From Clostridia bacterium (GTDB taxonomy: Bacteria; Bacillota; Clostridia; Christensenellales; UBA1242): a stretch of DNA of 64,000 nucleotides. Positions within the stretch are counted from its first letter, which is position 1, and each line of letters starts with the position of its first letter. The stretch spans positions 5,546-69,545 of the forward strand of contig JAEDFU010000005.1 in NCBI GenBank assembly GCA_016297915.1. The letters are read 5' to 3'. A program made the translations under genes and the position numbers. The notes under the pieces were generated by a model. It saw only the letters and a program-made list of their open reading frames with translations, was not told the origin of the DNA and made no database searches. Shown here piece by piece: positions 8,726 through 17,851 of this stretch.

Positions 8726-10192
8726 TTATTCGTACATAATTTTGACGCCACTATCTATTGGGCTAATGCCTGCAGGCAGCTCTTCAACGCCCTCGACAAC
8801 TATGCCTCTTTGTGGTTGATAAATTTCGTGACGAATTAGTGTTTCTTCGATTAGTTTGTCGCCTAGATATTTTTGGAGATAAGCTTTTGCCTCATATCCG
8901 TCTTTTGGATAACTTATTCTAAAATATTCGCCTTTGAACAAGACTTTGCTTGTGTACTTGCGGTCGGTATCGGGGATAACCTTGTCACCCGAACTTTTGA
9001 TAGTGTCAATTGTCTCACTGCGAGTTTTGTAAGTATAATCTAGTTCGTGGGAGAATACATCTATAGATACGCTGTTTTTGTCCGAGTATGTTTTGATATA
9101 AATAGGGTACTCGGATGTATTTGTAAATTTAAGGTCGCTGGTATATTCGGCAACCATTGCATCAAGTCCGAGTGGAGCATATCTAACAGGGAGAGAATGT
9201 TTGTGAACTTCGTCAATTCTAACACCGCTTAATAAGAGTGCATTGTATAGGGTTGTGCTTGCTTGGCAGATTCCTCCACCGATGCCCTCAGTAAATTCGC
9301 CATTGTATATAATGGTAGCAGGTTTGTATCCATTTTGTGTGGTGTGCTCGCCAATTATTGTATTAAAGGATACTGTTTCGTTTGGGTTCAAAACAAAACC
9401 GTTAAACTTGGAAAGTGCGAGTTTTACATTATGTTTTCTGCCACCTGTGCTGTCTGCTACATTTGTGGAGAATGTGGCTATTTTCTTGGTTAAACTCTCA
9501 TTATATTCTTTTGTAATAGCTGGAATTTCCTCTGTGTAACTTAGCTCAACATTTATCTTATTGGATGTCAAAAATTGCTCGTTTATATCGTTATAGAGCT
9601 TTTGCTTATTTACTCTCTTGCCGTTGACACTCTCGGTTATATCAAAGGGGTTTTTGTTATCTGGGGTAAAATTTATTTTGCTATTTACAGGTTCAATTTC
9701 AACCTCGTTTAGGATGCTTTCAATTTTTTCGTCAAGCCCTGTAAAGATGTAATTAAACGAAACATTGATAGAACCGCCTTTCTTGTTAAACTGTGCCAAA
9801 AAATCGCTTGTGTCGGTTTCCTTGCCAAGCAGGCTATCCTCGTCTTGGCTTGCCTCAAGAATTGTGTGGATATCCGAATTAACTTTGAGATCGTCACCGT
9901 CAAACTTCCAATTTTTGTCTGAGGTGCTATCTTTGATGTTTAGTTCAAAGTCGCTTGCTTTTTCTTGAAAATTACTAAGTAGCATAACCTTTGCTTCGTC
10001 TTTGGACATTCCCGAAAGATTTAGTCCATTGATGACAGTGCCGTCATGCAAAATTTTGTTGGTGGTATTGTCCAAAACTAAAAATTGACCAATAATTATG
10101 GCGGTTATTGCAATTGTGCAAAGAGTTAAAATCGCCAAAACTTTATTGGTCTTTTGTTTGGATGTTTTGGTGGCTACGCTTGTCTTTTTCAT
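8726..10192 (-). CDS. VanW-domain protein with N-terminal TM anchor
   Basis: GGGICQASTTLYNALLLSG VanW core motif; N-terminal hydrophobic helix. Confidence 0.8.
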   Translation of the reverse strand: MKKTSVATKTSKQKTNKVLAILTLCTIAITAIIIGQFLVLDNTTNKILHDGTVINGLNLSGMSKDEAKVMLLSNFQEKASDFELNIKDSTSDKNWKFDGDDLKVNSDIHTILEASQDEDSLLGKETDTSDFLAQFNKKGGSINVSFNYIFTGLDEKIESILNEVEIEPVNSKINFTPDNKNPFDITESVNGKRVNKQKLYNDINEQFLTSNKINVELSYTEEIPAITKEYNESLTKKIATFSTNVADSTGGRKHNVKLALSKFNGFVLNPNETVSFNTIIGEHTTQNGYKPATIIYNGEFTEGIGGGICQASTTLYNALLLSGVRIDEVHKHSLPVRYAPLGLDAMVAEYTSDLKFTNTSEYPIYIKTYSDKNSVSIDVFSHELDYTYKTRSETIDTIKSSGDKVIPDTDRKYTSKVLFKGEYFRISYPKDGYEAKAYLQKYLGDKLIEETLIRHEIYQPQRGIVVEGVEELPAGISPIDSGVKIMYE

Positions 10193-10266
10193 AAACGCTC
10201 CTAAGTTATATATAATTTAACTTAGTTTGTCACCAAATAAAATTTATATTCAATTGTATATATTAA

Positions 10267-11298
10267 TTATCTTAGTTTGTACAAATATTTTCCGTTGTAG
10301 TAAGAGCCCTCTTCCTCTTCGACAATTACACAAGTTCGCTCTATGTCGTTGTAGATAAGGTCGTTGTAATTGATATAACTTACAAGAGTTGAGTATATTA
10401 GCATCAATGTCTCTTGAATATTGATGTCAAGATAGAATAGTCTTTCGGTGTAGGTGACGATATTTTTGATACATTGCTCTTCGTTGAGTTTAAGTGCCGT
10501 CTCGGTTCTAACAGAGTCAAAAGGTATTTCTTCGCACAAACAGTAGTCTTTGATAAGTTGCATAATGTCTATTGCAAGTCGGTTGCTCAAATACTTTTTG
10601 GTCTCAACTTCGCCTAGGTCCTGAGCTCTCTCCAATTGACCAAGTTTGCTCAAATATTCTTCTCGTCTTAGTTTGTTTGTAAACATTTCCATTTGCTCAG
10701 TTTTGGCTTTGAGTTCAAATAGTATTGCTGACTTAAGTTCGCCTTTGGTTGGCGCAACTATTTTGTAGTCCTTGTTCTTTTTTTCTTTGAGAACATTTAG
10801 ACCTCGGAAGAATTTTCGCTCTCTAAATTCAATAAGTGATGGTGCATAAAAAGTTATAGGTGAGCAGTTTGATGCACCCATAAAAGGGAAGTCTTTGTTT
10901 GGCTTGAGTTTGAGATTCCAACAAACAAATGCAGATAAATTTATTCCGCTTGTTATGCATAGTATTGTTGCATCATCGTTAAATTTTTCTTGAATGTTTA
11001 CAATGGCATCTATATTTCTTTGAAGTGCATTTTTCCATTCCTCGCCTTCAACGCTTCCTACCTCGTTAAATCTCTCTTCCTCAACAATAGGGATATTCAA
11101 AGTTCGGTTGATAATCTGAGCAGTTTTTTTGCAACGATAAAAAGTCGAAGTGTAAATCGCATTAATCTTTTGATTAGCAAGCAGTTCACTTACAAGCTCG
11201 GCATCCTTAATTCCATTGTCTGTCAAGTCGTCATCTTGACTTCTTAATTTGCGTGGGTCAACATCCCTTTCGGCGTGATGACAATAAATAATTTTCAT
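10267..11298 (-). CDS. Histidine-phosphatase-like N-domain fused to an uncharacterised helical C-domain
   Basis: MKIIYCHHAERD...TDNGIKDAELV...AIYTSTFYRCKKTAQII resembles the PGAM/SixA fold, with RHG replaced by HHA. Its start overlaps the cca stop (TAATG). Confidence 0.4.
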   Translation of the reverse strand: MKIIYCHHAERDVDPRKLRSQDDDLTDNGIKDAELVSELLANQKINAIYTSTFYRCKKTAQIINRTLNIPIVEEERFNEVGSVEGEEWKNALQRNIDAIVNIQEKFNDDATILCITSGINLSAFVCWNLKLKPNKDFPFMGASNCSPITFYAPSLIEFRERKFFRGLNVLKEKKNKDYKIVAPTKGELKSAILFELKAKTEQMEMFTNKLRREEYLSKLGQLERAQDLGEVETKKYLSNRLAIDIMQLIKDYCLCEEIPFDSVRTETALKLNEEQCIKNIVTYTERLFYLDINIQETLMLIYSTLVSYINYNDLIYNDIERTCVIVEEEEGSYYNGKYLYKLR

Positions 11299-12590
11299 TA
11301 GTTGCTCCTTTTGTTTTTTATTATGTCCAAAAATGTCTGATTAATATTTTTTGCAGTGTTAATTAGTGCTATATTTTTGTTTGGGATTTTCATCTCAATT
11401 ACTTGATTGTACAGTGTGCTTAGTATTTGACCTATGTATCTTTTGTCAATCCTAACATCAATTAAGTCTTGGGCTGTTACATCTAGGTCGTGTACACTTA
11501 GTGGTAGGTTTTTGCCACGAACTAATTGGATATTGCTATCAAGTCTTTCTTTTGCTTGTTCGCTAAGATACATGTGGATTAACATTCGATTGTCGTCTGC
11601 AAGTCCTAAGTAGTTGATGCTTGCATTTAGAATATCGACATCGTGCTCTATGTTTTGGTATATTAGATATAACTTTTCAAGTAGTCTAATAATTTCGCTA
11701 GACTCTCTTATTCCTTCTAGTCCAAAGAGGGTGTTTATTGAAAATTTGAGATGAGCAGGCTTCATATAATGCTTGCCAAAATTTTTGAGCACAGCCAAAT
11801 AAAATCCAGTTAGCCTCAAATTTTCTGGTAGTTTGTAAAATATATTTTTATCTTTTTTGGAAAGTTTTTTGATTGTGTGCAAACTATGATTAAAAATAAG
11901 TGGCAATAGTTCAAGTTTATTTAGGCTGTCCCAAAAAATTGTATTGGGATTTTCAAACTTTAGGTCGGCTACTGTTAATAGTTTTAGTTCGTTTAGTATT
12001 CGCTCTTTGGAAATGCTTTTTAGATTTGTTCTAAAACACTTAAGCGCCTTGGCTGTGTCTCTTTGAATTTTGAAATTATAAGTGCTTGCAAATCTAATAA
12101 CCCTAAGTATTCTAAGTCCGTCGTCTCTAAGTGTAATGTCTGGCTGGTTGGAGGTGCATATTCTATGTTTGTTTAGATCTTTGAGACCACCTAGAGGATC
12201 AATTATTTGGTCGCTTGTTATATCATAATAGATTGAGTTTATGGTGAGGTCTCGCCTCAATGCATCAATGCTCAAATCATCAACAAATTTTACGCTAGAC
12301 GGAGAGTGTCCACTAGTGTAACTCTCGGTTCTAAATCTAGTGTATTCAAAGCACTCCTTGGAATTTTTGATTTGCAAAGTTCCAAGTGTTTTGTTGATAA
12401 TCTTGCAATCAAATTTTAGAGTACTACAAATCTCCATGACTTTGTCAATAGGCATGTTTGATGCGATGTCTATATCTTCGGGATTTAGTCCAAGCAATAT
12501 ATCACGCACAAAACCTCCCACTATATATAAGTGGAAGTCTTGTTTTGCAAAACTATTTGCTAATTTTTTGAGCCCCTTAGATATTTCCAT
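11298..12590 (-). CDS. cca: CCA-adding enzyme / tRNA nucleotidyltransferase (no HD domain evident)
   Basis: LYIVGGFVRDILLGLNPEDIDIAS and RDLTINSIYY motifs. Confidence 0.85.
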   Translation of the reverse strand: MEISKGLKKLANSFAKQDFHLYIVGGFVRDILLGLNPEDIDIASNMPIDKVMEICSTLKFDCKIINKTLGTLQIKNSKECFEYTRFRTESYTSGHSPSSVKFVDDLSIDALRRDLTINSIYYDITSDQIIDPLGGLKDLNKHRICTSNQPDITLRDDGLRILRVIRFASTYNFKIQRDTAKALKCFRTNLKSISKERILNELKLLTVADLKFENPNTIFWDSLNKLELLPLIFNHSLHTIKKLSKKDKNIFYKLPENLRLTGFYLAVLKNFGKHYMKPAHLKFSINTLFGLEGIRESSEIIRLLEKLYLIYQNIEHDVDILNASINYLGLADDNRMLIHMYLSEQAKERLDSNIQLVRGKNLPLSVHDLDVTAQDLIDVRIDKRYIGQILSTLYNQVIEMKIPNKNIALINTAKNINQTFLDIIKNKRSN

Positions 12591-12768
12591 ACTAATATAA
12601 GTATAGCATAACTTAATTTTATAAGCAAAAAATTCAAGACACTAGTCAAAATTTTTTTTGAAAACATCAACTTTTTAAGTAATTTTTTTAATTTTTATTG
12701 TTAAAATTAATATTAGATGTTATACTTGTAATATATATAGTTGATAATGTTAGCCAAAAGGATTTTGC

Positions 12769-13632
12769 ATGAAAACAAAAAAATTAACACTTTCGTCAGG
12801 AATCTTGCTAGTTATAGCGGCAAGTTTGAGTATATTTGGACTAATTGCTGTAGTTGAAGCATTAGTCAAAACCCTACTTTTTACACCAGTAAATGTTGAG
12901 GGCAACAGGGAGTATGTGCTTACTTATTTGATAGTTAGTATTTATCAAATTTGCTTGTATATCGCTCAAGGCATTGTTTATATGATTTTTGGAGTAAAAA
13001 TGATTAAGCGTAGTACTCCAACTTCAGAGGGCAAGGCAAACAAAAAAATATTGATAGCATCACTCGTTTGTGTAAGTTGTAGTTTGATATTTGATCCAGT
13101 TGAAATCATGAAACTACTTTTTGTTGCTTTGATTCCAGTGATAGCATGTGCACTAAGTTTTGATACAAAGGTTGTTGAACCAGTAGTCGAAAAACCTGTT
13201 TACTTGTATGGAACTAACAAAAACGGCAAAGACTTGGGTGGAGTAAATCTAGACGATGCTGGCAATGTTGTATCAGACAAACCTTATGCAGTTGTAGACA
13301 AATTTGGCAAAGTTGAATATGTTGGCGGAAATCAAAACAATGTAGCCAATGTTCAAACTGCAAGTGATAACAATGTCAAAGCTTCTGCACAAAGTGCTTT
13401 TGAACCAAGTAACGCACAACTTAATGAGTCAAAACTTGCAACCCTTGCTCAACTAAAAAATAGTGGAGTGATATCCGAGGCAGAGTATAATGAATTCGTG
13501 AGCAAGGTTGTATCTAATCAAACTGTCAAGGTGAATGCGGACAAATCGGAAGATATCAAGGTTCCAAATAAGTCGCGTGTCTCAAAAGTCACCAAAACTA
13601 CAACAAAAAAGCCTCAAACAAAAGACAAATAA
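12769..13632 (+). CDS. Tetraspan-like membrane protein with C-terminal SHOCT domain and Lys-rich tail
   Basis: Four hydrophobic segments in residues 1-130. SHOCT-like LAQLKNSGVISEAEYNEFVSKV. AAGGA RBS. Confidence 0.6.
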   Translation: MKTKKLTLSSGILLVIAASLSIFGLIAVVEALVKTLLFTPVNVEGNREYVLTYLIVSIYQICLYIAQGIVYMIFGVKMIKRSTPTSEGKANKKILIASLVCVSCSLIFDPVEIMKLLFVALIPVIACALSFDTKVVEPVVEKPVYLYGTNKNGKDLGGVNLDDAGNVVSDKPYAVVDKFGKVEYVGGNQNNVANVQTASDNNVKASAQSAFEPSNAQLNESKLATLAQLKNSGVISEAEYNEFVSKVVSNQTVKVNADKSEDIKVPNKSRVSKVTKTTTKKPQTKDK

Positions 13633-13655
13633 ATTGAGACTTCTGAGGAAAATAA

Positions 13656-14126
13656 ATGAAATCAAGAGTAATACTATTTAAAACATCTGGAATTTTGAAG
13701 ATCGTTCTTGCTGGCACTATATTTTTGCTCTTTTTGCTAGTGCTATTGCTTAGTGGGGTTCTCAAAAATTTTTATTTGGACAATTACACTTTGGTCGAAG
13801 AGATGGTTGCCGAAACAGTACGAAATGACCCATCACAAGCCTTTTTGCAAACAATGGACAATGCCGAGGTGGTTGATTACATCATGAAACCTGTCATACA
13901 ACTAGCGCTATTCTTTGTTTTTTATGGCTTGATTGGGATAGGTTTTGGGGTATTGAACCTTGTGTTTACCAGAAAATACGATGACTTAATTGGAGACAAA
14001 ACATCCAAAAAAGTCTGGTTTGTTGTAATGCAATTTTTATTTGCAGTAGGAATTATTACAAATATCTTAAGCACTGTAGCAGTGTTTGTGAAGGACAAAA
14101 AGAAATTAAATGAGGATTTGCAATGA
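13656..14126 (+). CDS. Small multi-pass membrane protein (paralog-like)
   Basis: GAGGA RBS. Same TM1-loop-TM2-basic loop-TM3/4 layout as its neighbours. Confidence 0.55.
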   Translation: MKSRVILFKTSGILKIVLAGTIFLLFLLVLLLSGVLKNFYLDNYTLVEEMVAETVRNDPSQAFLQTMDNAEVVDYIMKPVIQLALFFVFYGLIGIGFGVLNLVFTRKYDDLIGDKTSKKVWFVVMQFLFAVGIITNILSTVAVFVKDKKKLNEDLQ

Positions 14127-14491
14127 TTAAGGGTGCTAATGGAAAAAGATTTAATTATTTTATGAGTGCATTTTTTAGACTATTTTGTTTTGTGGGATGT
14201 TTGATTGCTTTTATCGTAGTCAAAATCGCAGTTAGACCGTCAATTGATTGGTTAAATTACTTACTACTTGGGCTTAGCCTTGGCGGACTAGTATCAGGAG
14301 TATTTAATCTAATTTTATGTGGGCTTACAGCGACCGCTTACAAGACAAATAAGAGAATTCAAATTATTTGCTTGATAGTAACAATCCTTACAGGTGGAAT
14401 TGTGGGCACGACGCTTACAAGTGTTGCTTTGGGCACAAGGGTCTTGGATGACGAAGTTGAAAACGAAAAGATTTTTAAAATCAAAAAGTAA
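14123..14491 (+). CDS. Small multi-pass membrane protein (paralog-like)
   Basis: ATGA overlap with the upstream gene and a GAGGA RBS. Three to four hydrophobic helices. Confidence 0.55.
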   Translation: MIKGANGKRFNYFMSAFFRLFCFVGCLIAFIVVKIAVRPSIDWLNYLLLGLSLGGLVSGVFNLILCGLTATAYKTNKRIQIICLIVTILTGGIVGTTLTSVALGTRVLDDEVENEKIFKIKK

Positions 14492-14520
14492 ATATACCAA
14501 AATTTAAAGGGAAGACTGAA

Positions 14521-15060
14521 ATGACAAAAAAGAAAAACAAAAATGTAATGCTTACTTTGACATTAATTTTTACAATATTGCAGATTTGTATAAATGTTTT
14601 TGTAGGATTTGTTCTTGTATGTAATCTATGGGGATTTATAGATTATTACAACGAACTTATGTCTAGCGTTATTGCTAATTACGATTTGAACATGTATTTG
14701 ACTAGTTATTATATCGAACTTACACTTGCTTCAATTATTAATATTTATTCTGCTATATTCTATTTCAAAGGCATTAAGTACAGAGTTTCAAACAAACAAT
14801 ATGGCAAAATGGTGCTTGTATATGCAATCATTCAATTATTATTCTCCGCATACATTCCAGCTATATTTGGAATAATCACAGGGGCTTTGATGATTAACAA
14901 AAAGCCAACAATAGCCAAATCTCAAGAACAAAGTTTTTTGTCAGATTACAAACTAATGGCAATGAGCGAGGCTGTTACCAGACTCAAAGAACTCAGAGCA
15001 ACAGGTGCTATATCAGAGGAAGAATATTATGCTAATCTAAACAAAATATTAGAAGGCTAA
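14521..15060 (+). CDS. Tetraspan-like membrane protein with C-terminal SHOCT domain
   Basis: Four hydrophobic helices, then LKELRATGAISEEEYYANLNKIL (SHOCT-like). Confidence 0.6.
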   Translation: MTKKKNKNVMLTLTLIFTILQICINVFVGFVLVCNLWGFIDYYNELMSSVIANYDLNMYLTSYYIELTLASIINIYSAIFYFKGIKYRVSNKQYGKMVLVYAIIQLLFSAYIPAIFGIITGALMINKKPTIAKSQEQSFLSDYKLMAMSEAVTRLKELRATGAISEEEYYANLNKILEG

Positions 15061-15075
15061 TTACTGGAGAAAATT

Positions 15076-16095
15076 ATGAAGAAGTGCAAAAAATGTGGTG
15101 GAGTATTAATATTTGACCCTAACACATGTGGGCTTATGTGTAATAAGTGCTCCGAGCATCAAAATTTTGAAAGAACTAATAATTATAACAAACATCCGTT
15201 TGTAATGACTGCTCACACTGACGAGGGCATAGATATGTCGCAAGTCAAGTTTCATTGTCCTAGTTGTGGTGCTTCTTTTGAGGGTAAAAATTATTCGTTA
15301 TCCGATATATGTAGTTACTGTGGCGGACATTTGATAGCAAATCTAAACGAAAAAGGTTTGCCAGATGCAATAATACCTTTTGCCTTTGACAAACAAACCG
15401 CAAAAAAGTTGTTTAAATCAGGTCTTGGCAAAAAGTGGTTTTTGCCAGATAAATTCAAAAAAGAACCTCCAGTGGGTTTGATTGAGAGTATTTATATTCC
15501 AGCATATTTGTGCGAAATCGCAACAGATAGTTCATACAGAGGCAGAATTTACGAAAATGAAACAGACCGTGACGGCAATTCATATAGAGATTATGAAATG
15601 ATTTCTGGCACAGAGCCTGTGACTACCAAAGATATCATGATTGAATGTAGTAGTTATCTAAGCCAAACAACCCTCAATCAGATTAAGCCTTATTATTTTT
15701 CCAAACTATATAAGTTTAGACCAGAATTTTTGTATGGCTATTCGGTTGAGTATTATGATAGGAATTTGGATAAATGCAAGAGCATTATTGAGGAAATTGT
15801 CAAATCCAATATTAGAACACAAATTCTTAGACACTATCGCTATGACGGCGTGGATTATCTAAATATTGATACAACATACAATGAGTGCAAGTATAGCAAG
15901 ATAGTCTTGCCATCATATAGAGTAAAGTATACATACAAACAAAAAGAGTACAGTACATTCTTGAATGGACAGACCGGCAAGATTGGTGGCAATATTCCTA
16001 GATCCAAGCTCAAAATTGGGTTATTTGTAGGCGGTGTTATTGCTGCTATTTGTGCACTTTCTGCAGTCATAGTAGCTGTTGTTGGGGGATTATAA
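15076..16095 (+). CDS. Double zinc-ribbon protein with C-terminal TM anchor
   Basis: CKKCGG...CNKC and CPSCGA...CSYCGG motifs. C-terminal IGLFVGGVIAAICALSAVIVAVVGG helix. GGAG RBS. Confidence 0.55.
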   Translation: MKKCKKCGGVLIFDPNTCGLMCNKCSEHQNFERTNNYNKHPFVMTAHTDEGIDMSQVKFHCPSCGASFEGKNYSLSDICSYCGGHLIANLNEKGLPDAIIPFAFDKQTAKKLFKSGLGKKWFLPDKFKKEPPVGLIESIYIPAYLCEIATDSSYRGRIYENETDRDGNSYRDYEMISGTEPVTTKDIMIECSSYLSQTTLNQIKPYYFSKLYKFRPEFLYGYSVEYYDRNLDKCKSIIEEIVKSNIRTQILRHYRYDGVDYLNIDTTYNECKYSKIVLPSYRVKYTYKQKEYSTFLNGQTGKIGGNIPRSKLKIGLFVGGVIAAICALSAVIVAVVGGL

Positions 16096-16110
16096 AATAG
16101 CGAGGATTTT

Positions 16111-17445
16111 ATGGAAAATATACTAAAGAATATCAAAAAAAGACAAATGTTAAGATACGGCGATAGAGTTGCCGTTGCATGTTCTGGTGGCAAAGATAGC
16201 ATGTGTTTACTCAACTTTTTGTGGACACATAGAGATGAGTTGGGAATAACTGTTTGTGCTGTAAATGTTGATCATGGGATTAGAGAAAATAGTGCAAACG
16301 ATAGCGAATTTGTTATTAATTATTGTCAGAAAAATGGCATAAAAGTATATTCTTTTAAGGTCAACGCCAAACAATTTGCCGAAGACAAAAAACTTACGCT
16401 TGAACAAGGTGCAAGAGAGTGTAGATATAGAGTTTTCAAGAGTTTAATAAACAAAAACTTAGTAGACAAAATTGCACTTGCCCATCATCTACAAGACCAA
16501 GCAGAGACAATTCTTCTCAATATATTTAGAGGAACTGGCATCGGTGGAGCAAGCGGAATGGACTATGTAAGAGATGACATTTATATTCGTCCAATGCTCG
16601 ATACATCCAAGGCATCTATTAGTGCATATATTGAGAGCAATGACATTCCTTATGTTGAGGATGAGACAAACGATAATTCGGAGTACAATCGAAATTATAT
16701 CCGCAATCAAATTATGCCACTTATTCGTAATCGTTGGCAAAATGCAGATAGTGCTATAGTTAGTTTTGGTGCTAATTGTAGAGAGGACGATAGCTATATT
16801 GAGAGTACAATTAGTAGCGACGCATTGCTCGTTGAGGACGGAATTGCTAGAGTGTATATCAATTACTTTATTAATCCAGCATCTTACACATATAGATTGA
16901 TCTTGAGAGCGCTTAAGGCTATTAATATGAATACTAATATTGAGAAAAAACATCTCAAAATGATCTGTAATATGGCTTTGGAGAGCGAAAACGGCACAAA
17001 GATTAGTTTGCCAAACGGACTAACTGTTATCAAAGAATATAATTTTGTTACATTTACAAATCGAAACATCAAACCTTCAAACAAGACCTATCCATTTACA
17101 AAGGGCAAATTAGATATATCTAACTTTGGTTTAATCGAAACAAACATTGTCAAAAAGTTTAAAGTTGGTGACTTTACACATTTAATTGACGCAACCAAAT
17201 TACCAAAGGACGCTATTTGGAGATTTAGAAAAGACGGAGATGTCTTTGAAAAATTTGGTGGCGGAACAAACTCGCTAAGTGACTATTTGATTGACAAAAA
17301 AATCCCTTTGAGGCTAAGGAATTTAACTCCAGTTTTGGCGTCTGGTAGTGAGATATATATTATTGCAGGAGTCGAGATTTCGGACAAAGTCAAGGTTGAC
17401 AAATCGACCAAGACAGCCTATGGCATAAATGTTGTAAGATTTTAA
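16111..17445 (+). CDS. tilS: tRNA(Ile)-lysidine synthase
   Basis: PP-loop VACSGGKDSMCL; length and C-terminal domain consistent with TilS. Confidence 0.85.
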   Translation: MENILKNIKKRQMLRYGDRVAVACSGGKDSMCLLNFLWTHRDELGITVCAVNVDHGIRENSANDSEFVINYCQKNGIKVYSFKVNAKQFAEDKKLTLEQGARECRYRVFKSLINKNLVDKIALAHHLQDQAETILLNIFRGTGIGGASGMDYVRDDIYIRPMLDTSKASISAYIESNDIPYVEDETNDNSEYNRNYIRNQIMPLIRNRWQNADSAIVSFGANCREDDSYIESTISSDALLVEDGIARVYINYFINPASYTYRLILRALKAINMNTNIEKKHLKMICNMALESENGTKISLPNGLTVIKEYNFVTFTNRNIKPSNKTYPFTKGKLDISNFGLIETNIVKKFKVGDFTHLIDATKLPKDAIWRFRKDGDVFEKFGGGTNSLSDYLIDKKIPLRLRNLTPVLASGSEIYIIAGVEISDKVKVDKSTKTAYGINVVRF

Positions 17446-17467
17446 ATAAAAGTGGGGACTAAAAATT

Positions 17468-17809
17468 ATGGAAAATAGAGCACTATTTAAGGCATACACG
17501 GATGCAAGAAATATGCTTGATACTTTTGACAAAGATTATTTGAGCCGAATTAGGACTGGCAACTCGGATTCGTATGGAGAAATTGCTCAGTCGCAACTTT
17601 ATCAAAAGCTAATTAAGCAATTTGGGGACTGCGAAATAGACTTTAGACAATTTATATTTGATGCCAAAATGTACGCAAGTGAAATAGGCAATCTCAAAAA
17701 AGAAACAGAAATCAAACATACTGACTGGGAGATTAATCCAAACATTATTGCAAGACTTGACAAGGTGATTGAACTTTATAGAGAAAGAGAGTCCGATTAT
17801 CAAATGTAA
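17468..17809 (+). CDS. Hypothetical small protein
   Basis: ORF with a weak RBS, 22 nt after tilS and followed by a terminator. No motif recognised. Confidence 0.4.
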   Translation: MENRALFKAYTDARNMLDTFDKDYLSRIRTGNSDSYGEIAQSQLYQKLIKQFGDCEIDFRQFIFDAKMYASEIGNLKKETEIKHTDWEINPNIIARLDKVIELYRERESDYQM

Positions 17810-17810
17810 A

Positions 17811-17847
17811 CAAAAAATTCCACCAATTTTAGGTGGAATTTTTTTTT
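17811..17847. terminator. Bidirectional intrinsic terminator
   Basis: AATTCCACC-aatttta-GGTGGAATT flanked by an A-run and a T7-run. Confidence 0.75.
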
Positions 17848-17851
17848 GTGA

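Noticed and set aside
10195-10222. Hairpin CTAAGTTA-N8-TTAACTTAG between the phosphatase-like gene and the VanW gene as a terminator.
   Set aside because: No U-run follows it on the minus strand. Its 3' arm overlaps the VanW RBS, so at most it is a weak translational structure, and the evidence is too thin to report as a feature.
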